Below, piece after piece: positions 24,561 through 34,606 of a stretch of 64,000 nucleotides of DNA (its first letter is position 1; every line of letters starts with the position of its first letter). Below the pieces are notes generated by a model, which had not been told where the DNA came from, made no database searches, and worked only from the letters and a program-made list of their open reading frames with translations. Source of the stretch: Anthoceros angustus (Eukaryota > Plantae > Anthocerotophyta). Location: assembly GCA_010909165.1 (NCBI GenBank), contig MU008159.1, forward strand, positions 2,418,001 through 2,482,000, given 5' to 3'. The translations under genes and the position numbers were made by a program.

Positions 24561-26009
24561 GATCCCTCTCTATGTGTTCAAACATTTCCGGAGAGTTCAA
24601 GCAAGTGAGCCTGCAACAAGCATCAGGAGCTGTGTCAAACTTCATGATTTCAAGGTCTGTCAGTGGGGCTTCTTTTTCTTTTTATCAGGGGCACTGCTAC
24701 GGACGTTTGTAGTGGACAGTATTTCATATCTCAACAAGCTGGTTCCCTCCCCCTTTTTAGCTTCTAAGTGGCCCAGCTGGTCTGGGGCAAAGGTTCCCTG
24801 ACGGTCATGTGCCAGCCTTCCGAGTTGTCCCTGGCGCAGAAGAACGTTTTCTGATCATTGAAAACAAAGACGATAGTCTCTAAGTTTCAGATTGGATCTT
24901 TCTCCGTGACCAATTCCGAAGGGTGGATCCACTGCCACACTGAAGATTTGAAATTGTTGACTATCTTGCAGGCAGGCACAACCGGGGAAGGTGGATGAAC
25001 GATCCCTTGGTGGCGTGGATTAATTGCTTGGCACCAAGTTGAACATAGCACTTCATGCAACTCTCCATCCACAGTGCACCACCGATGGTTCTCCCTCTTT
25101 CAGATCGGTATGGAATGTACTCCAATGAGCCAGACACTCACACTTTCACCTGGAGCCAAAGAAAGGAACATTTCAGTGCAGCTTACAACAACAGTACATG
25201 GTTACCTCTGGAATCCACATTGCTGTAGGATGACAAGAGTGAAGCTAGCGCACTTGCTCCGACCATCTGAACGTAGGATTGACCAAGGCTCGGAGATGGT
25301 CACCGCTAGACGTACGACACTTGAGCCATCCTCGAGCAGTTGAAGTTTGTGAGGATGCCAGTGCTCCCAAAATATTACACCCCCTGACCTTGTCCTTTTC
25401 TTGTTATATGTACGACAATTTAATTACGGACCACATATGAAGCGTGGATGTCACGCAATGAGGGACAACATGTGCGCGAACGTGGTGTGGAGGGCGTTTA
25501 CAGACGTAGCAGCTAGCTCAAGCTCAGTCGCTCAGGCTCAAATATGAAAAACTAGTACTCCAGCCCAGAGCCGGTGCTCCTCCCCAGTGTGAACGTGTGA
25601 AGTGAGCCACTGATAGAATTATAGGAGAAGAGGGATAGAGAGAGGAGAGCAAACGGGATGTATCTGCTCCTGATGGAAAGCACACCATCTTTCTCATTTT
25701 CGCTCACGATCTGCGTTGCAGAGTGGCGTGCAACATCGGGAACCGACAGAACGGTGGGCAAAGCCATGATACATACGTCATATAATTCCTCTTTGAATAT
25801 GAACTTCCTCCCATCGAGATACCTCCCCGCCAACAGTATGGGGTAAGCAGTGCACGCTGTTCCATATGATCAAGGCCACGTGTGGTTGATTGCTAAAATG
25901 CTAAGGATTGACTTTGTTCCTAGCATCCAACCCACGCCTGTGATGTCACGCAATGTTAGAGTTCTCAACCGCTCTCACTCTACGAAGTACGAACACACAA
26001 ACAAATGCC

Positions 26010-26840
26010 CGCGACCAACCTTCATCAACTTGGCAGCACCGTAGTACTCTCCTTGTTTGATCCGTGAAGTCCTCACATATGTACTTGGAAGCATAAGAGG
26101 CTTTTCCATTCTTGATCCGTACTGTATGAATCATTGCACTAGCCACTTATCATACGATTTGAAGCTCTGGAACCAAGTGGAATGAAAAAACTTAACCAAA
26201 GCTAAGCAAGCTTGTCCACCCTGCTGAGTTTGCTGAAAGCGCCTTGCTGCCTCCATACCAATCAGTAACCTGATTCTTCAATGCAGCTTGACAATTGTTA
26301 CATGAAGACGAGATCAGAATCATTCTCATCCCCGTCGAACCTGCATCAACAGAAAACGCAGCTTAGCGATCCGCAATGTCTGTCTGGGTGCACCTCACAA
26401 TAAAGGTCACCTGCAGTACCTCCGTCCAAAAACATATCACAGATATGTGTGACGACAGAAACAACAAGCAAGAAGCACTAGCACATTGTAAATGAAGTGG
26501 ACCGGTAAACCACACCATTAATAGTTGCCGAAAGGTTCAAACTTGGGATCTCGTCGAAATTTTCCGTTCAGGCAGTCCTGCAAGAAACCACGCAACAGCA
26601 ATGTCAGTCCCATCAGTAAAGCATCGGAAGAAATCTCCTGCGTCCCAGGGCCCACTTGTACCGTCGACAGATTGCTTCACAAACATTCGATCATGTCAGA
26701 GATTTCCGTCCAGGGGAAATCGGTGAGAAGTCTACCATAGTCGCTTCCACTTTGGTTATTCTGAGGATTTGTTGACTCAAGTTGCGGTCACTGGGGGTCG
26801 ACCGCGTTTCCCTTTCTTCCAACCTTGTATAGTGCTGCCA
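26010..26840 (-). pseudogene. CCD1: CCD1-like pseudogene fragment, copy 2
   Basis: MIHTVRIKNGKASYASKY/VRTSRIKQGEYYGAAKLMKVG (frameshifted) matches CCD1 [39 protein letters not shown]. 26110-26900 is near-identical to 23833-24620. Confidence 0.85.
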
Positions 26841-26924
26841 TGATCCTCTCTATGTGTTCAAACATTTCCGGAGAGTTCAAGCAAGTGAGCTTGCAACAAG
26901 CTATTGCCCAGGGGATTCACAGCT

Positions 26925-28370
26925 ATGCTCAAAGTTTTTCATCGTGACAAGGTAGTGCTAGAGATCGAAAGGCAGAGGAGGAAGCCTGGGGATCATCAGG
27001 ACCACCATGATAATGCCTCGTCAGGTCTGTCCCAAAGGTCGGATTCCGACACGGAAGGCGACCATGAATTGGCAAGAGGAGAAGGATCTGGAGAAAATGA
27101 GGAAGGAGGACCGGTACCTTGTACAGCTGCAGATATACAACTGATGCGCATACAACCTCCGGCCCTGTATGTTGGTTGCAATTGCAAGCACACGCTTGCC
27201 AAGATGATGATATTGAACATCTAAGCCCATGGACATGGCTGACTGACTCAGAGTTTTGTTGTGGGCAGGGTTCCAGAGGCTCAAGAAGACGTAGAGGTGC
27301 GACAAGTGATGGCTCAGATGGTGAATGCCGTCTATGGTTTTGAGGCATACCGACGACGGCAGCAGCGCGAAAACGGCACAAGGAAGAGGGACGACGTGAA
27401 ACGCGCGGTCGCGCAAGTTTTGGGATCTGAAACCTTTGATGAAGAACCGACCATATCCCAGGAGGAGTTCGTGGCAAGGTTGCAGAGAGCGGGGTTCCAG
27501 TTGAAAACAGCTGAGCACTGTCAGCCAGGCCAGGGGCCCTACAAGATATGGTTCCTCGTCTTCGTCAAAGACTCTGCAAAGTGCACATGTCGAGGCGCGC
27601 CCGAAGTTGTGGTTGCTGTTCGCGGGACCATGATATCCGTGACAGACCTGCGGTCGGATTTGAAAGTGCTGCGACAGAAGCTACATGACGACGGAAGGTA
27701 CGAGAAGCTGTTGCAGGTGGTGGAAAATGAAGTGCTCCTGAATGGGCACGAAAATGTGTGCATCACAGGTCACTCTCTGGGTGCGGCTTTGGGACTCCTG
27801 GTGGGCAAGGTTATGGCGGCCAAGCACACGCCTGTGGACGGCCATTTCTTCAACCCGCCTTTTGCCTCCTTCACCTATTTCGACAGCAGCCTGCTGCGGC
27901 GGCTGGAAAGGGACTGCAAGCTTCTTCTGCTGACATCTCATATGGCGATGAACTATTTTCATGACGACTACAAGGGCAGGAAGCAGTGGTTGCTTGACAG
28001 TCACACCAAATTCTGGAGCGTGATGACCTGGACGCCGCACCTCTACCTCAACAAAAGCGACACCATCAGCAAGGGCTACATCAACTTCTTCCAGGACATC
28101 CAGGGCATCAATCCTCACTTCAATTCTGCCTTTCTCAATTGGCAGGCAGAACTGTCTCGGCCAGTGGCGCACCTTACCCTCTCGTCGCTGATGAACACCA
28201 AGAAGCTTCCCAACCACCTGCTTCCTTCCGCTATAATCATTTTCTCGCCGCCTCCTCCTTGGAGCAAGTTCAAGATAAAGACGGTGATGAGGTCCCACAC
28301 CGTCTCGCAGTGGCTCAATTATCCTTGTCCTCTTGAAAGGGCGGTTATCCAAGTGCGTCGGCCTGAGTGA
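26925..28370 (+). CDS. Class 3 lipase (alpha/beta hydrolase, At4g10955-like); exons 26925-27166, 27269-28370
   Basis: Oxyanion motif VVVAVRGT, nucleophile GHSLG, HFFNPP, W-PHLYLN-SD; one GT-AG intron that preserves frame. Confidence 0.88.
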
Positions 28371-29162
28371 GCAATGCATGCCCACACCCCAATCTTCTAG
28401 TTGCTTGCATCTGTGATGGATTCTATCTCTGCACCGGAAGTGTTTGTGATTTGACCTGCTTTGTCCTGCTTCTGCTAGATTTGGATGCTTTCTTGCATTC
28501 TATATATTGATTCCTCTCCTGTGGAATAGTAGCCTGGCAATCTCCACCTTGCAAATCTTTTGCAAATCTTCGGAGGAGACGCATACTTTGCCTACCATGC
28601 TGATTTTGTAAAAGGTGATGAATGCATTCTGCTCTCACAAGCTTCCTTCGTTGACAACTCCTTTTTCTCTCAAATGGCGACTTTTAGCCATGCCTTCTGC
28701 CGCTACAGTAACACGACACGGCAAGTTAGCTCTGCAATCCACATTGCTGTAGAATGACAAGAGTGAAGCTAGCTCACCTGCTCCAACCATCTGAATGTAG
28801 GATTGACCAAAGCTCGGAGATGGACACCGGTAGCACCTAAAATGCTAATAAGGAGTAACTTAATTCATATCATCCAACGCAGCACGCCTGTATCGTCATT
28901 GATGAATTCTAAGATGTGGATTAAGTGATCCTCCTGGTTCATATTCAACATTAAATTACGATTACTTATCCAGCGAGTGAAAAGTACATGGAGTTTGGAT
29001 GTCCTTCAACCGTTGAGGGAAGTGCCTGTAAAGTGAAGAACCCCGACCCTAAGACGTTTGATGGTCGTTTCTCAAAGATGTATATGTACCTATATGAGAG
29101 TACGATCCACGTTTGTACACATTACCAGATCCGACAAGTCGTATTTTCGCTAATCACAGCAC

Positions 29163-30599
29163 TCACACGTACTTAGGCTTGAACTTCCTCTCTTTCTGAA
29201 TGTTTTCCAAGTGGTAGAAGATACTTCCATCAAAAACCCCACGAACGGCGTCTTTCGGCACAAAACCGTCTGAATCCTTCACCGTCCAGTACGTAAAGCC
29301 CCATTCGAGCTTGGCTGCAATCCTGAAACAAACAGGGAGATAGATAATGAGTGATCATAATTCATCGACGGGCATGCAAACACAAAAAAACAGGAGAACT
29401 TAAAAATGAAACACTTACCATCCCAGTGCATCAAAGGTGTCCTCATTCGCTGCTGTCATGTCTAGCAGCTCCCCGAACGTGAGAGCGGCCCGTCTGGTTT
29501 TCGCAAACTTCTCGAACATTTCCTCAAATTTGGCAGGAACAAATCTTGACACGAAATTAAGCCAGTCAGAAATCAGAAAGACACCAGTATAGCAGCGTCG
29601 CTCAGGACCCACGCAGATTCACTGAGGGTTCACCTGCCCTCTGGGTCGTAGATATCAGAGTCACTCGCGTGCTTGCAACGATGTATGTTGATCATGTATA
29701 TGGGGAAGAGCGGATGCGGAATCCAACTCTGCACAGCAAACATCCAATTAAAACCAGATCATGCTTGCTGACGTCCTGAAACCGACTGCTGGTGGGCTTG
29801 CATGCCGCATTTCAGGCCAAAATTTACATCTTGAGTCTTGTAGGCCATGAAGAAGTGGATTAGACTGGCAGCCCAGAGTGAGACAAGAATGTTGAACCCA
29901 ATGGCCCGAAAACCTGCGAAACCGTCGCAGCACAGTCAGGAAGACACGAAGGCTGGGAGCTGAGCCGAAGCTGACCAGTACCTCGTCCCAGATTTGATAC
30001 CTGAATAGGTCTCCCAAGGATATATGACCCCATCGTGGTTGCGGTCGAAAAATGCCACATGCTGCTGCATTACTGTCATACTGCGGTGAGGATAGCCTGG
30101 CGTTCCATGCGGATGCTCCTTGTCGGCTGCCACCAGTGCTCGTGGCACATCTGTAGACCGAGGCCCTCAATCCCTGGTCTCCAACAACAACAAGAACCCA
30201 AGGCATGCAGCAACAGGAAGGGCGATGCCATGCGGACTTACACGGCCTGTCCATATCGTCCAAGTAGTAGGGGTCCACCCGGCGTCGATAGGTGATGGGG
30301 GCGTACTCGGTGTCCGTCCGGAGGTGTTCAGGAACGTTCAACAGGTCCTCTCGAGGCGAGTGGAGATGGTCTGCTGGAGCCTTGGATGGCTCCAAAGCCT
30401 TGGCCTGAGCCTCGGCCTGCGCCGGCGACTTCGCCTGGCTCTGGCTCTGCCCCTGGCTCTGCCCCTGCCCCTGGCCTTGCCCCCGGCCCTGAGGATGCGC
30501 CTGTCCCTGGGCTTTATTCCCGGGCCGCGATTTGCTCGAAGAGTCGCGTAGTGATCTCCCAGCATCCGCGGACTCGGGTGCCACAGACGGAGTCGCCAT
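29163..30599 (-). CDS. Caleosin/peroxygenase; exons 30599-30242, 30150-30001, 29913-29828, 29728-29634, 29544-29419, 29322-29163
   Basis: EF hand [16 protein letters not shown], hydrophobic anchor, proline knot [30 protein letters not shown]. All introns are GT-AG and in phase. GQ/SQ-repeat N-terminal extension. Confidence 0.95.
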
Positions 30600-32057
30600 G
30601 ACCTCGCGCTTTGGGCTCAGGAAGGCTGCAAATGATCAAGCAACGAAGAACCCGACGGTGTCATGCACAGACGAGGGCAACAGATGCATCTCGACCAGGC
30701 ATACTGCCATGTGCATGCACACGGCTAGCACTACCAGTTCTGCTACTTACTGAAGTCTGAGACCTGACACAAGCTTGTTTGCGGACTTACATTGCCTCCA
30801 ATTAGCTTCGAAGATGTCCTTGATGTCACCGACGTCCCGGACGACGTCTCTGGCGTTGGCGTCAATATGCATGTCAAGGAGCGCATGAGCACAAATCTGG
30901 AAATACGTCAATTGCTCATTGGTGGCAATTCCGTCCCACCACACATGACTGGCAGCACGTAGCCCAACAAAGCACCACAAAGAAAGGCACAGCTTCAGAG
31001 CTGTAGCGGCGAGCTCACCAAATTGGAAGGCCGAGCTTGTGATGCAAAAACTGTCTTCAAGCACCGGAAGTTGGGCGGTGGGTCTCTCTCCCTCTTCTGA
31101 CTGGAGCAAAGGAAAATTCAGGGCGGTTATTAATTGCATGAGCCTGAGCCAGCGATGCTCTTGCCAATCAGCGCCTCCCGGCAGCAACTGCATGTTGCAG
31201 GGTGGAGCATGGGATGTGTTCGACAGATAGTCTCGCAAGTGACAGTTGTGAGCACAAGTCAGCAGTTGGCTGGCCATGACTCACAAACGCCGAGCACGTG
31301 GATGAGGGAGGCCGTGGTTGTAAGCCACCTCAACCAGATGGCGCCCGGTTTCCAAATCTGAAACGCCCCACGTTGCGTGCCTGCCATTCGCCTGCCTTCG
31401 CGGCCTACGAGGTTTCCATTGTCGGGTTCCATAATGGCTACTCCCCTGGCCTCTGTTTGTGCCGCTCTTGATCCCAGCATTCGCGCATGCTTGGTTTTTT
31501 GGCTGGCGTTGTTGTATGCCCATGACTCTTTTGTTCATCGTTGCTGATATTCTGGTCCTCTACCTCTTCTTCCACCTCATGGTGGAGCTGGTGAGCTTGT
31601 CCTTAAGTGTGTTGGATGCTTTTTGCGTTTGAATTGGGAGTCTGTCGTGGGCAGGGGCTTGCTGCGGTGATCCAGCCTTTTCTACGTGGGTGTGCCAGCA
31701 TCACCGCACTGTTGAGTGGGTGCGTAAGTGCAGCGCTTCGGAATTTGCTCTGATTTCCTGATCATCATAGATCCTCTTTTTGCAGTGCCCACTTCCTGGA
31801 TGTTGTGTGAAGTCCTGATTGCGATATCCTGTCATTCTTAGAGCTTGGCCCAGTTCTTCATCCTGGGAAAACCATGAGGATTGACCGTGCACTCAGTACA
31901 TTCGTATTAAGCCTCTTGACGTAGAAGGCATTCCTGAGGAATGTGCGTGGGTGATAGCACTATGTCATGTTCTAGGCATGGGAAATTGTATGGCATGGTG
32001 CCTGATTCAGTGTAGTAGCTGTCGTGCAATTCGGGGGACGTGTTTGTGAAGAGCAGA

Positions 32058-34606
32058 ATGCCAGTGTTGTCGGCACATTGTTTTGCGAATCATAAGGGGG
32101 GTGTGGGAAAAACAACGCTTTGTTATCAGATTGCAGCTCAGTACGCTGCAGCACATCCCGATGTAAATATTTTGGTTGCGGACTTCACTGAGGTTAGTTC
32201 CTACCGTGTATACGTTCTGGGTTAACGTTACTGCATGTCGCATAGCTGAAGGGGAATAGAAGGTGCAGATGCATCAGTATCCTCTGACAAGGACACCTAG
32301 CTCTTCTTGCTAGCCACTTCACTAACAGAGCTGCTCATAACACTGGGCAACACACTGTATTTTCAGGCAGGTGATGTCTCAGAGATCCTACTGGGTGGCA
32401 TGCAAGAGGACAGAGGTCGGAAGGCACTGGTGCAGCTAGTGACTTTGTCGAACGTCACTCACTTATGTCTTAAAGCTTTGGCAGCCAGTGTTCGCCTCAG
32501 CGTAGAACATGAAGCCCAATCAAGCACACGAACGGGTGATGGCATTGGAAGTGCACCAGAAGCCTCCTTTTATGAGAAGGTGCTGGAGCACTTGCCTAAA
32601 CGAAAGAAGACCAAGGTAAAGCTTAATTAACTTCATGCTGCCTTCTTTGGAAGGGCAGCTTGTTATGAATGACTTGTGCTACTGTTCGTCAAAGCTGGAT
32701 GCAGGGTGCAGAGACCAGGACGTTGTTTTGAGAAGCGAAGCCGACGTAGATGGCCCCAGAAGTGAAGGCAGTGTAGATATATCTGAGTTTGCTATCCCTG
32801 TACATTCAGTAAATGAGCGAATTCCTTCAAACTTGTATTTGTGTCCCAGTGGAGTGGAGTTTGAGCCACTGATCAGGTTTTCTAAATCACAACAGCGAAG
32901 AATTATTTCTGTTCTTAGACGGTGAGCGTGCTTACATGTGTGCTCTAGGTTTCCCCTCTTAATGGGGACATTGTTATCAAGGGCTACATAGATCCCTCGT
33001 GGTTGCCCCCTGATGCAGCTCGTTCGAAGAAGCAGACGGTGATTGGAAGGTGTTCATGGACACTGATGCCCCTTACCAGGATCAGGATGAAGTGTATACC
33101 GAACTCGCTCTGGGCATATCCCACTTCTGCATCTTGCCACTTCATGCTGACATCAGTGAATGGCTACGAGCCAAGACGACGTTGAGGGTGTTGAGGAATT
33201 TGCGTGAAGAGCGTGACTGCGTATGCACAGTAAGTACCTATGGTGGTTTTATGTCCTGCCAATGGGACTGAGTCAAGTTTGTCAAAGATAATCGATTGAA
33301 GTCAAGAGTTGCACATGCAGTTGCAGATGATCATATGGAACAAGCTGTCTGTTCAGAACAATCGTGAGAGTCCATGCATCGGTACTCAAAAATGTTCCTT
33401 CACCCCTACGAAGGCAGAACAGGTAGAATTTCCCGTCCTCCTCGTTGTCCAGCAACGACACTGGTACTTCATGCTTGGCACACAAATCCAGCTGCAGGAA
33501 GATTATGTCATGGTAGTGGAATGAGCTGTCATTAAAGGTGCATTGTTGTGGTTGGATCTGCGGTCTTAGGACTTACTACGAAGTCTCCACAGCCTTGTAC
33601 ATGAAGAGGCTAAGCAGCATCCAGAAGACTTCATCAACTTCAGGACAGAAGAAGGAACAGCATCGCCGTTCAAGCCTGCTGTGTGCATGAGAAACTTGAG
33701 CGTGGTTGGGCTTGCATCCAAGGACATGGGGGTGCCTATATCCGTGTTACATGCGGGCACGTTTCATGGAGTGCACATGACATACAACCTGAGCCAGTAT
33801 TCAGTCAGCTCTTGCAGGTTCCTTACATGCTCCTCAGAATTTCATGCCCCAGCTACAGTTTGGCTTCACACCTGCCTGAATCTTCAACCTGGCTTCTTGT
33901 TTCATGTGCATGCTGTGGCTTGCAGAGCCAATTTACGCCTCCTTGTGGAATCGATTGACGCGGGAGACGAACTTTTGAAGCTCCCTCGAGGTGGTTCTCT
34001 TTCGGAGGCTCGAATGCCCTTAAATCAAAAGGGAAGTAAAGAGTCCGCGGATGGAATTATGACTCCCGAGAGAATTCCAGATCCCGCAGCCGAGGTTTTC
34101 AATCCTCAGACGACTCAGGGGCCTCCAGATGAAGGTGCACATCCCGAGGGAGATGAGGATGTGGATGAGCAGCAGCTCGAAGTGCACGTCACGGATGCTA
34201 GTGCCGAGCAGGGCGCGGATCCAGTTGCCGATGCTGGAAGGGAAAGGGGACAGGAGGAGCCTGCTCCACGTGAGCCAGCTGCGAAGATGCTGAATGGTAA
34301 GGCTCATCAGCCGCTGGCACTATTTCCACTGTCAGTTCCGAGAGATTCCAATTTCCGAGCCCGCAAATGTCTTGAATGCAGCTCGGGATGGGATGCTGAT
34401 CTCCTATCACTGTAGATGCAGATCAGAAGCCGGAGCCCCGGCCAGTGCAGCGTCGAGCCAGACGGCCTTCGAGAAAGGGCAGAGTCTCGCAAGTTGTGCA
34501 CAGAGTGCAGCGTTACTCCCTGAGGAATCTGTACTCCTTGAGAAGCAGAAGCTGTGGGAAGACTTTCAGCCTGCACAGCGACGGTCGACGTCGGTTGCGG
34601 AATTAG
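32058..34606 (+). CDS. ParA/Soj-family (SIMIBI) P-loop ATPase, 8 exons: 32058-32192, 32367-32615, ~32695-32921, 33019-33229, 33321-33422, 33570-33817, 33926-34296, 34416-34606 (~577 aa)
   Basis: Deviant Walker A ANHKGGVGKTT, ILVADFTE-AGDVSEILLGG, IPSNLYLCPSG, Walker B-like VFMDTD..YTELAL...ILPLHAD, IIWNK. Seven GT-AG introns give a continuous stop-free frame; the exon 3 and 5 acceptors are ambiguous by a few codons. Confidence 0.88.

Noticed and set aside
24640-25200. Coding fragment between the two CCD1 copies
   Set aside because: No recognisable homology or open frame of convincing length.
30747-31900. Separate gene between caleosin and the ParA-like gene
   Set aside because: Short ORFs with no recognisable motif or consistent exon chain; a small gene cannot be excluded but is unsupported.
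32058-34606. Plastid MinD1, or bacterial contamination
   Set aside because: No transit peptide or MinD-type SGKGGVGKTT and no C-terminal membrane helix; seven spliceosomal introns and plant neighbours exclude contamination.
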